Below, piece by piece: positions 27,761 through 40,800 of a stretch of 64,000 nt of DNA. Source of the DNA: Paragordius varius (Eukaryota; Animalia; Nematomorpha); contig OZ176059.1 in NCBI GenBank assembly GCA_964247055.1, forward strand, positions 310,001-374,000. The letters run 5' to 3'. The position numbers and the translations under genes were made by a program. The notes under the pieces were generated by a model. The model saw only the letters and a list, made by a program, of their open reading frames with translations. It was not told the origin of the DNA and ran no database searches. Position 1 is the stretch's first letter, and each line of letters starts with the position of its first letter.

Positions 27761-29037
27761 ATTTGCCAATGCATAGGTAATAAATTGAAATTGTTGCCCC
27801 CTAAGATGTATTTCTATGTTGTTTGTTTAAAATTGATAGAGCATGACATTATTAATTTGAGAGAAATGCTGGATTTGGACCTAATAGAATCTTGATTGTA
27901 ACAAAGTTGCGTACTTAAAGAACACAGACACTGCACTCTTCAACGTTGAGTTTTATGAAAATTAAACATTCATGCGCCGTACCAATCTAATAGCAAGATT
28001 TTGGTAGAGATGTTAGTATTTAATCACACCTACGAAACAGTGATAGGAATAAAACCAGTACCATTGCCACCAGGCGCTTTCATACTTGCCTCTGGGCCTA
28101 TCAAAACGATACATTCCCAGCAGGATACACAATTTTAACTGATGTATAAGAACGTACCACAGTCACACTTTTGACTCTAGAAATACCAAGACAATTCTTA
28201 TAGGCCCCAAATTTCGGTCGAAAATTTACGATAAACGGCTTAGGATAGCCATCTATTAAAATGAACTGGGCATTTATCTTACAACACGATGAGACTTAAC
28301 GAGATAGAGTTATGAGAAAACACATCAATCAATTAAGCTTTATCTGCTACAAAAAAGGCAAACATCATACAATAATAATTATAATAGTAATAGTATGAGG
28401 AGAATAATGAATATGATACAATACCGGAAGGGGTTAACCCTAAGCACTACATCAAGACGTTTTTTGCTTAAAGGGGAGAGGTGGGTTATAATGTTTTAAG
28501 GGTTTTCTCTGTTTTACTATTAAACCATATTAAATACAAAAGTTTTATCACACATATTCATCGTTATTGTATTTTAAATAGGTAAGAACCAAAAATAGGG
28601 CAATTTATTTTAAGACATAGAAAGCAAAACATCTGTCTTATGTATTAGCAGTATAGCGAACTGTAATTCATATACTCTGCAATAAAGCAAAGAAAACCCT
28701 ACCAAAATTTATTCAAAAAACAGAAAAAGTTTATTAGCACCAATCATATGCTATTTGACGCTATTCCATGGGGTTTCATAGTCTCACCACTAATTTCCAT
28801 TGTCATTTTGTATATATATATATTATATATATCAATATAGCTAATTTTTCTCCGCCCTCTACTAGAAACAATGTAAAAATTTGAAATTTTGATTGCCTTA
28901 TAAAGATTTTCATTCGGTTACGACTTCAAATTTGTTCTGCGAATTTAAGCCTTGATTTTTATTTGATTAAAAGAGTAACAACTAGAATATGAGATTACTG
29001 AAGCAAGTCTCATATAATATATTGGGAGATTATTTAA

Positions 29038-29576
29038 CCAACTCGATGCAAAACATTCATTTCAGTCTTCAAATTCTAACTTGGGGTATACAGGTCTGTT
29101 TGATAAAATACTAAATATATGGAATAAATTGAAGCCACTGCAAAAGTTTGCACTTATATAACATTAAGGCACCGAAACATTGTAAAAGATTCATTTAAAA
29201 AACTTGATATTACTTAATATATGGATAAACTGCAAGGTAAAAATTTAATCCACATGACATGTGTTAATTAACTATTTATAAAAAATAATGCAAAATAAAC
29301 CAAGTTTCCTGTTTATATAAATGTTAGATGTGATTTAAATAAAAAATAGCTATAATTTTAGCGTTAGAACCAAATAAATACGATAATCTGCAAAAATATC
29401 TCAAAATATAAATGGCGCTGAAGTAGTTTGATATGGAACTTTTTTCCACCTACATTTTATTTAGATACTTTGGCGTTTATATAATTTTTATTAAGATAGA
29501 AACAAACTTAAAATACCGTTTTTTAGCTCTACAAATAAATATCGGGTCACTAGATACTTCAATTTGAATCCACGTG
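29038..29576 (+). mobile_element. piggyBac-like non-autonomous element
   Basis: Right end TTGAATCCACGTG|TTAA. Internal sequence matches the copies at 38331 and 63004. Confidence 0.65.
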
Positions 29577-30689
29577 TTAAAATTGGAAACAATATTAAAA
29601 CAATATATAGGAATAAGAAATTATATTCTAGTATAAATTGATTACATACAGACAAAACATAAATTAATTATATAACTATTTTAAAACAAAGATAACCAAC
29701 CATCTTTTTTAAATCTTGTATTATAATTCATTCTTTTAAATTAAAGTATATAGATGATTGATAACATTTGGAAAAAGTTTGTTGATTGTACATTCAAACA
29801 ACTATTTATGTTTTTACATTTCGTTTGCATATTTTTAATTTTAACTGTATCTCATTAAGGCAAATAAGTTGAGAATAAAATCCGATCGATTCTTTATAAA
29901 AAGTGCAAAATAATTCATAAACTCAAAGAGGGTTAGTTTTAATAAATCAACTAAAATATCTTTTAGCTTTCAATTTAATCAATTTAAACAAATTTTAATA
30001 AGGAAATATTATCTTAAATTAAATTTAATATTATAATTGAGCCATCACTATAATTTTATGCTGAATGTATTGAAAATATAATACCGGATATACTAATATT
30101 TATTTAAAGTTTAATTTTATTTTTAGTGAAATGACTCATTTAAAATTATTTTAAAAGTCGTACAGAAGCACTGTATGAATGGGACATATGTTTTAAAAAA
30201 GACCCTAAAACCTTTTATACACTATTCTATATTTAGTTAAGTATACAAAGTATCTTAGATATTGCTAAAAGCTTTATTTTAAAGTCAATGTGTTGTTAAA
30301 TTTGCCTTTTAATACATCTTATCTACTATAAAAAAAACTTCCGTCATTTAACATTAGCTAAATTTATCGTTTAAAATTCCCAGAAATTTGATTTTCATCT
30401 CAGTAAAATTTAATATTTTTATTTAAAAATTAATGATATGCGTATGAAATAAATAGCCCTATGAGATGTCACAACAGATATATAAGGTCAATTTTTTTTA
30501 AAAATTCACAATTCTTTTTTAAATTTTAAATTCAAATTTACTAAAGAAAACCCTATTTTCGACCGTATATTCTTTTTCAGTAATTATCTCTTTTAAAATT
30601 TTCATTGTTTTTGAACTTTTTTTATTAGAAACAATTTTATATTTCATCATTTTACCAAATTAGAAATTAATTACGAACAAAAAACCATC

Positions 30690-31110
30690 ATGCAAACCTG
30701 CAATTTTAGAATTTGTTTTTTCGCTATTTTTGTCACTATGGCACCACATGCATTGATTAACGCCTTGCCCTTTACCGTTTCTGGGTCAAATCTAACCAAC
30801 ACTTCATTGAACACTTCAATAACGGAAAATATTACGAGACCAACAATTATGAATAATAATAATATATATAATACTAATCAAACCTATGTTCCTGTCGAAA
30901 ATATAAACGGCTCGACAAATGTCACCAACCAAACTGAGCCAGCTAAAGGATTGAAAAACAATGAGATTACCACAATCATTTCCAGTAGTGACATAACTTC
31001 AACAATAATTGCGACAAATAAAAATGTTAGAGTTGTAAGGGAAATTAAAACAAATGTAACAACACCAATTCCTGTCTCCTACGGTCAAGATGGAATAACC
31101 CACAATAGTA
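30690..31110 (+). CDS. First coding exon of an orphan secreted Asn/Thr-rich glycoprotein; 3' exons uncertain (candidates 32011-32020 and 32133-~32172)
   Basis: ATG followed by a signal-peptide-like MQTCNFRICFFAIFVTMAPHALINALP. About 10 N-x-S/T sequons in ~140 aa. Strong donor A|GTATGT at 31111. Confidence 0.65.
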
Positions 31111-31465
31111 GTATGTTTTTAATTTTTGATGTATTATATTATATGAGGCGTGTCCAATATAAATGGCTTCGGGGGCCGCATTCAATATATATAGGTGGGC
31201 AATCTATTGCTTGATAGAAAGTACTATAACTTCTAATTACAAAGGTAGGCATAGAAAAATAATCTCCACAAAATGTTTAATAATTACTATAAAGATGGCG
31301 TTTTCAGGCAAAAATTAGAGAATATACTAATCATAAATAAGTTATTAAATTCCAAAAGAAACATAAGACTGTTTTAGCTGCAATCCGCACTGTTTTTGTC
31401 TCATTATGAGGACAAAATATTGATAAACTTCTATGTTTGTGGGGAAGTAAACTTAACTTTAAACC

Positions 31466-31798
31466 ATGGGTGTCTAGTACAAATGGCTTTTCGGCCCGCA
31501 TTTTTGACTTGAAAATCCGACGGGCTGCATCCGCGAAATATATGGGCATTAATAAATATTATGGATAAATTTTAAACTTAAAGCTGTTAATAAATTTACC
31601 AACCCAATATAAATGCTATTTATTATGACAGTTTCTCCTAGCTCATTTCCAAAATTCGGAAGTACTTATTAATAAACTGAATTTTACCTGGATTTTATAA
31701 AGATTTTTTTAATTACAGATTTTTTTATTTATTTGGCATGTTTCAAATTTCTCGCGGGCTGCAGAAATATTATGCAGGGTCGCGTATTGGCTACCCTA
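31466..31798. mobile_element. hAT/Charlie-like non-autonomous element
   Basis: GGGTGTC-type terminus with CGGCCCGCA/GCGGGCTGCA subterminal motifs. Relatives at ~12640-12707, ~21945-22010, 35435-35659, ~49270-49441, 62559 onward (preceded by GTCTAGAT, the NTCTAGAN-type target) and 63947-64000. Confidence 0.55.
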
Positions 31799-32498
31799 GC
31801 TTCAAATAGTTATAACTATAATCTAAGACTTCTATTTTAAAATAGGGAACGAATCACTTTTTAAAAGATGCCTGTTAAAAAATATTCATTGTGAAAGGGG
31901 TTTGAGGGGGGGGGGGTCAATGTATACATTTTGGTTAAATACACATTTAAACCACGATTTATTTCATTTATCTTACATATATATATAATTTATTTTTTTA
32001 CATTTTTTAGCGCTGGAAAAGTATGTGTGATATTTTATTACCTATTATGTTAATTAGATTTATTTAATAATATATGCCAATTTAAATTCGAAGGATTATA
32101 TGTGGCATATGCTTATTTTTTTGACTTTATAGAGAAGCTGAAACCCTACCTCCCCATATCACTGTGAATTAAACCAGGAATCGAAATAGGCACAATTTAA
32201 CAATACAAAATTATATTTTTTAAGCATTTTTTGTTGTTACCATCTTCTACATGTAATGTGTTATTGATTAATAAATATACCATATTTTTTGATATTAAAA
32301 AATTAAAATTTTAGTTTATATGAGTTTTTTTATGGTTAAAAAATAGCCATTGTACATTACGTATGATAGATTAACAGGATGATGAGATATGTGTAATTTA
32401 AGGAATGCCGAATGTGCAGGTTAAATATCAACAGTTAAGATAAAAAAATATAAATATAAAAACGAGAATCTTGTTGCATTTAAAAATATATACATAAT

Positions 32499-32751
32499 AA
32501 TACCATTTACGATTCGAATTCACCCCTTGAACAATTCTTAAATTCACCCTAAAAATATATTATGTGTTTTGGGATTTAAAATATATCTTAATGGCATAGT
32601 TTATTTTTTTCTGTAATATTTTGATATTACACAATATTTCATTTTTAAAAAATATTTAAAATATGAGTAATTTTAAATCTTAAAAAACACTTAATTCATT
32701 TTAAGGGGGATTTGAATTGTTCAAGGGTGAATTTGAACTGTAAATGGTATA
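32499..32751. mobile_element. Foldback MITE with TACCATTT termini and the TTCACCCTCGAACAATTCAAA 21-bp repeat
   Basis: Inverted ends. Further copies at ~17495-17763, ~39410-39674 and 55483-55783. Confidence 0.75.
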
Positions 32752-33130
32752 ATATTTTATTATGAAAATTATTATTGACCATTTTTGCATTTGATTTGGT
32801 TAAAATATAATTTAATTTCACTTGATTAATTAAATCTTCCTCTTTTTAGCCAATTAAAATACCGTAATGGCCAATAATAGATATATATATATATATATAT
32901 ATATTGACTTAGAAATGTTAATGATTAGATCATACAAATAAATACTATATATGAAAATAAAAATCTTTTCAACAATAACAATACATTATATATTTATGTG
33001 TGTATATACATATTTGGTTTATATTATGCGGGTGGGTTAAAATTTAAAATTATAATATATAATAATGTATAAAATTTGCGTCAAATATATAATGTAACAT
33101 TGTGAGATTTTGAGATTACTTTTAATGTCT

Positions 33131-34782
33131 TTAATAAAAAACATTATACCATTTCCTAGGATTACAGGTGAGATAATAATCCTCAACATATTGGCATAAA
33201 CAAAAGTTACCTATAAGATCCATATAACAAAAATATTTTTTTCCCATATAAAATACGACAGTATAGTATAATTTTTAGTGGGTTCGTATATATATATAGG
33301 TTTAAAAATTAAAATTATACGGACAAAACGTAAGAATATGGTTGTTTTTTTATAAAATCAACCATATTTTTTAAACCATAATTCGCATATAATTTAATTT
33401 ACTATTTGAAATTATATAAATGATTGTTCTATTTATAACTTTGCAATTTTAAACAATGAATCTTGAAAACAATTAAAATTTAAAAAGTAGTAAATGGTTA
33501 CTATTTGTCTGTATAATTTATTTTTACTATATATCAATGTAAAACTAAAAAAATAAATTAATTTTACAAAAACATTGTGATTTTATATGAAATTTTGAAT
33601 AAGAAAAAAAATGTGTAATATAGATGTGTTTTTTTAAACCACACTCAATTATGTTATTTTCAATCGTAACTATTTAGCTTATATGGAAAAATTAAAATTT
33701 AATTTGTCCATATTTATACGTTTTGTCCATATTTTAATTTTCACTGTAATAATACCTTTAACGTGTCTTATAGTTTTGGATTGAGGTAATTCAGGATGAG
33801 GTATTGTTAGCCTACCTCTCATCATATTTTTAACGTAACCTTGTGAATTTCGTAGCAATAATTTTTCTGCATAATTCTATGAAATACAGTATAAATTGAT
33901 AAATTATAACGGACAAATAAACAAAAAAATATATAAAAACTTTTTTTAAAAACGACAACCAAATTTTTTAAAACCATAACTTATCCCCATATAAAACATT
34001 TAATTACTAACGTAAAATACATTATTGGTTGTATTACCAATATACATCTCTATTCAATATTTTACAGTTTTAACCAATAATTGATATTAAAGAAAATCAG
34101 GAATTAAAAAAGTATAGTTTTTTTCCCTACAAAAAAAATTGTCTTTATATTTTTAAGTTTTGTCCGTAAAATTTCTTTTACTGTATTAGTTGGTAATTTA
34201 TAATACATTAACACGCAATATACTATATTATATTAATATCAGTGTGCCCAAAATAAAACCAATGGTACGCACCCATTTCAAGATATTTTAAGGAAGCCAA
34301 AAATAAAATTATTTTTAGCAGTCAAAATTGATATACTACATACGGGTTCTCAGAACAAATGGCTTTAAGGGGTCGTACTATTGGCCCTAAAAAAATGGGC
34401 TGATGGCATTTAAGCACAAAAGTAATTGTAAATATTTTATTAGTTTTTATTTTAATGTTTTATGATAACATAATAATTATCAATATATACAGTATAAATT
34501 AATGAAATTATACGTACAATACGCGTAAAAAATATAAAGACAAACATTTTTTCCTAAAAGACAACCCTACTTTTTTAAACCTTAAATTTTTTTACATACT
34601 TTACTTTTTTAATGATATAATTAAGTTTATTGACAATTTACATATCAAATTCCTATTTTGCAACCCAAAAAAACAATAAGTAATATTTGAATAAATGGAA
34701 TTTGAAAAAATATGGTGTTGTCTTCAAAAAATATATTTGTCTTTATATTTTTGCGTTTTGTCCGTATAATTTTTAATTTTTA

Positions 34783-34818
<36 letters not shown>

Positions 34819-37800
34819 CAACAACTATTGCTAATTACTCGTTGCTAATGTTGAAACTTACAATAAATATGGTAAAAAGTTTCTTACCATCTAAAATTAT
34901 TTCTAAAACTTTACAGATAATAATATTTCTGAGTAAGGAACCGTAAATACTCAAAAATGCTATTTTGAAATAAAAGCTATGTTGATTTCGTATATAATTG
35001 GATATTGATTATTGATTCTAGGATCATAAAGTTTTTATTTTAAACAGTAAAAATCCAAATTATACGGACAAAATGTAAAAATAAAATGACAATTTTTAAA
35101 AGACAAAACTTTTTAAATCTTGTTTTTTTGTAAGCCACTGTTTAAAATTGTAAAGATTGTAATAGAGGCATATTAATAACGCAATCAATTATATATTTTT
35201 CAATTATAATAAATTATAAGAGGAGAATTAAGGTTCAAAAAAGCAGGGATATCCTTTGGAAAAAATTGTTGTTATATTTTTACGTTTGGCCCGTATAATT
35301 TGAATTTTTTACTGTAGTTGGAGGCTTTAAACCAGACCTTACATTCATGTAAAATATTATTTTGTTCTAGTTTAATTAAGCAAAGAATTACAATAACTTC
35401 TACAGATTAACTTTTTTTCTTCTAAGATTAATGAAAGCGGTGTCCAACATTAATTATTTCGCAGGCCGCATTTTTGACTCAAAAAACCAAATATTAAAGT
35501 AGATTTTAAACATAATATTGTAAGAGGCACACCCGAAAACAATTTCTTGATAAGTGCCAATTGGATAGACTTATTCAGAATTTTTAAAGATATCTAACTA
35601 AACTTTATTATTATGTGGGCGCAAATTTTGTGAGGGCATGTTATTGGACACCACCCCTGATTTATAGGTTCACAAATGTTTAACAAAAAATTATTTATAC
35701 ACGATAAAATTGGAGTCGGTAATTTGTCATGGAGTCTACATCGTTGGACGAATTCATGAATCCATTGCTTTTGGGAACCTCGTTGGGGACAACAGAAACC
35801 GACATGATTTGTTCAATATCATCGTTGACATTTTGCAAAGGGCTACTCGTTTCCAAAAATTTTAGGTGTTTCGTATGCTTGAAATCTATTAGCTTCTATG
35901 TTATGATAAAAAAAGAAACTCTGTATATATTAAGTCCGTATATTAGAGAAAAAATATAAAAATACAGTAAAAATTGAAAAAACAAATATTTTTTTCTGAA
36001 AGACAACCATACTTATTCAAACTTTAATTTATAAAGTATAACTCATTGTTAAAATATAATTCATTGTTTAAATTTGAAAAGTGTGATATAGAGATAAATA
36101 TTACTAAAACAATCCATTATATATATATATATATATATATACAATTGTTATTAAACAGCTTATTTATAAAAGTATGGTTATCTTTGTGGAAAAAAATATA
36201 TGCCTTTATATTTCTATGTTTTGTCCGTATAATTTACTGTATATTTAGCGTAGTCACACAAGTACATTAAATTTTTTTTTGGTGACCTTAAGAATCTCGC
36301 ATAAAAATCACGCACATATCCAAATTATAATAATCGTTTTTTTCATTTCAAAATTTTGTAATGGTTCACGTATAAAAAATATTTAATTTGATGTAATGAG
36401 GATACAAACCTTTTCCTTTAACCTTCGTTCTTGGACACATTTGCTAAGATATTCTGAGCACGGATTTAGATCGTAGTATATGACATGGATGTACACATGG
36501 CAAAATAGAGATATTTTATCATCAAATATTGGATTGATGATAAATTGAAATTTAGAGTTAAGAAAAAAATTATAATTGTCTGCTTTACAGTATGCATTTT
36601 AATGATTGATTGATATTTTACGCTATAGTTGGTCAATTTGCAACACAGTAGTATATGGACAACAAAATGTTGAATAAAATATACAAAGTGATGTAAGAAA
36701 GGAAAAAAGTGTTTATTTAACATTTCGTTGTTTTTTTTCATACACTAATGTGTTACAAATTGACCAACTCTAGCGTTGTGAAATAATCAACCATTAAAAT
36801 GCATACTGTAATAAAATTTTGCAAAACAAAAAATAATTTCTACATTTTTCCCATCTTTACTTATTAACTTGATCTGTTTATGGTAATGGTGTTTTTTAAT
36901 TAGGGAAGATTTTATTTATTAATCAAAAAATACAGAGTAAAAATTGAAATTATACAGACAAAACGTTAAAATAAAAAGATAACCATACTTTTTCACTCTA
37001 TAATTTATCCTATTGAAATCATTCAATAACAATCGTAAAATATGTAAATTGTGTTACCAATATACATATCTATACTTTAGCGCCTAAGCAATAATTTATA
37101 TTTTAATAAACTAAATTTTTAAACATAAAAAAATATTGTCTTTATATTTTTACGTTTTATCCGTAGTATAATTTCGATTTTTACAGTAGTTTGGGTAAAG
37201 TATACAACCATTTTATTTCAAATAATGCTAAGTGCATAATTAAAAGTATAGGGGTTAATTGAATTACTTGAAATTTTTTATCGTTTTTATAGCAAAAAAA
37301 CCGTTTAATTATAATATAAAACCTAACTTTATAGTTTGCAATATAAAATAAGTATTTTGCTTGCGGTTTCAGCATATCCTAGATATTAAATAATAACTGC
37401 CCCGAGATATTTTTTACAAACAAAGTTTCATATATAAAGATAAAAAATTGAGTTATATAAAGAACGAAAAAAAGGATATCAAAATTTTATGACAAGATAG
37501 CTTTCCCCAATCTTCCATACCCATCAGTATGTTCTTTTTGTACAATATACGATTTATACTGGACACAGCATCATCCAAATTATTGTTCATCTGATAAAAC
37601 ACGTTAAATAAAAGTTGTAAATTATTATATATAAAAAATCATCTCAGATACAGACAGTAACGAAAGCTTATAATTGGTTTCGATATGAACACTTTGATTC
37701 AAATTGGGGTATCTAGGGACCACAGACTATATTTATTGAAACAAATAAATACTTATTAGAAACGGTTACAGTTTGAATTTATGCTCATAACCAATAAAAA

Positions 37801-40800
37801 CTATATAAATATGTCAAAATATCTAAATAAAATTTAGTTTGAAAAAAAAGTTACATATCAAACTCCTTTGACGTCATTTTTATTTTACAGCATTTTTGCA
37901 AAATATCGTGTTTATTTGATTTAACGCTAAAATTAAAGCTATTTTTTTAATTTAAATCACAACATTTAAATAAACAGAAAAAATGGTTGATATTACATTA
38001 TTTTTATATTTTGCTTCTCATGACAACTAAATTTTTACCTTTAGGTTTATCCATTAAATAAGTAATAAATTCAATTTTATATAAGTGCAAACTATTACCA
38101 TGGTTTCATTTTATTCCAAACTTTTTTAATATTTGATTTTAAACAAGCCTAAACCCCCTAAAGACCCCAATTTGAATTGGAGGACTGAACATATATTGTT
38201 GTATCCAAGTGTTAATATCAGCTGAAAGGTTATTAATATACATGTGAATTATTTTTTTCATATCTGATAGGAAAGAAAAAGTACAATAGAGCCCGTTCCT
38301 AAAGAAATATTATCTTAGCATTTATTTTAACACTTGGATACAACATTCATAGCAATTCGATTCGAATTGGGGTACTTGAATACCCCAGGACTGTTTAAAA
38401 TTAATATTTCAAAAAATATGGAATAAATTGAAACCATGGCAAAAATTTGCACTCATATAAACAAAAATATTTAAAAAAGTTTATTCAGAAAAACTTGATA
38501 TTACTTATTTTAAGGCAAAACCACAAGGTAAAAATTTAGTCTACATGACATGTGTGCTTTTGCTAAATTAAAAAATATTACAAAATACACCACTTTTTCT
38601 GTATATATTACTGTTAGATGTGATTTAGATAAAAAATTAGCTTTAATTTTTTTTAAAAATAAATAAACATTTCGCAAAAATGTCGTAAAAAAATGGTGTC
38701 GATGTAGTTTGATATGGAACTTATTTTTCAAAACTAAATTTTATTTAAATATTTAGGCTTATTTATATAATTTTTATTGAGATGGAAGCATAAGTTTAAA
38801 TTAAGACTGTTTCTTTCAGTAATTTTTAAAAACATATACTTAAATATAGTCTGGCGTATTTAGATACCCCAATTTGTATCAAAAAGTTAAGTTAATTAAA
38901 GAATAAAAATAAAAAATATAAACCTTTTACCAGCAGAAATCTAAATAAAATTCTTTTTTACCCAATTCAAAAACCAAAATAACCAAGTTACTGTAATATA
39001 AAGTGAATAATCCACACAAATGTGAATAAAATTATGCTAGAGTATTTAATACTAATTACTTGATAGTATATAAAATAAAGAGCAATTCACAAATTTTAAA
39101 GTATTTAAAATACAATTATTAGATGTGTTAAGCCTCCACCTCCTATGCTTTTGATTTTTAAAAGATGGCCCCAATTTTTATATTCGTTCAAAGAGATGTT
39201 ATTTTAATGATTTTATTGTTATCATTTCTTTTATCGTATCGTATACTCTATTTAATAATTAGACATTATTCAAAAAATAAGAAATTCAGTGAATTTTAAT
39301 TAGAAAAATTATTTTAATATATTTCAAAAACAGGTCATGATGTGGGTAGAAAGACATATATTTCTCTCCCACAATCAAATACTTGAGTGATGAATCTTTA
39401 CTCTAAATATATACTTTACTCAAAATCACCCTCGAATAAATTCAAATCAACCTTAAAATAAATTGTTTGGAATAATAAAAATTACCTATATTTTTCTATT
39501 CTAAAAAAGGAAATTGCGCTCTATATTAACATATTAATTGAAAGAAATAATAGACTATAGCAAAAAGAAATTCATATTAATGATAAGTTAGCCGCCCGAA
39601 AACACATAATTTATATTAGCCACCCAAAATGAATTTGAATTGTTCAAGGATAATTTTGAAGTGTAAATGGTATACTTACCATTTTTTTGAACACGAGGCA
39701 AACAAGCAGTCCTATGGTATTAACAAATAACCAAAGCAGTCCCATGGCAAAAAGGACGACACCACCCAACCCTGAAAACAAAATACCCAAAAGAATGGCA
39801 AATCCAAACAAGAGCCATGTGGACAGGATTCGCTTGTAACACATAGTATACGTGGTGAATCTTGCATCGTTACTTAATAATTCGATGGCTAGGCTGTAAT
39901 CATCGGCTGTAATCTATCATTTTTATTTAATTTTTATTGTGAATGTAATAATTGATAAAAAATGATATGTACAGTAAAAATTGAAATTATACTAAAGGAT
40001 AAAACGTAAAAATATAAAGACAAATTTCATTTTTTTTCAAACGATAACACATCATACATTTAAAATATTAATTTTTTTATATATCTCATTGTGTTACACT
40101 GCAAAGTGTGAAATTGAGATGTATATTGGTAACACAATCAATTACATGTTTAAATGTTATTAAATAATTATGATAGTAAAAGATTTAAAAAAATATGATT
40201 GTCTTATGATAAAATTGACATATTTTTACGCTTTGTCCGTATAATTTCAATTTTGCTATATATATATATATATATCAATTATGTAATCATAACATAATTG
40301 AATAAATTAAGCCACATTAGTTGAATTTAACATTTGAATGTGGTAAAAATTGTTTATCACTAAAACCTATGACAAAAAAATAAATATAAACGGTTTCAAA
40401 ACGATAAATTTTAAAAGCGCACTGTAAAACCATATTGGTTGGTATTTTATTTAAACTGACTTCGTACAGTCAAACCATTTTTGATCAGACTAAACTGCCA
40501 TTTTTTTATTTTTATCGTTTTCATAATGTTGTTTCAATGTTAAAATATTTAATTTTATGATGTGGATGATAAACCAATTTTTTAAAAAAATTAAGCGAAT
40601 TAAACTACCTAATTCTATATGTTCAATAATCAGTATCTAGTATAACTGAATAAAATGTTAATCAATTGATTTTTATTTTTTGTTTATTAACTTTTTTAAC
40701 ACAAGAAGATTAAAACCAAAACAGTGCGTTACATGGACTATATGTATTAATTGAAAAAAAACCATAATATTTACTTTGAGTTTAGGATCTAGGATTTCTG

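Noticed and set aside
33160-33167. Plus-strand microexon AG|GATTACAG|GTGAG for the orphan gene
   Set aside because: It lies inside the last TMEM268 coding exon on the opposite strand.
35729-35959. Plus-strand 76-aa ORF
   Set aside because: Antisense to TMEM268 exon 35895-35701.
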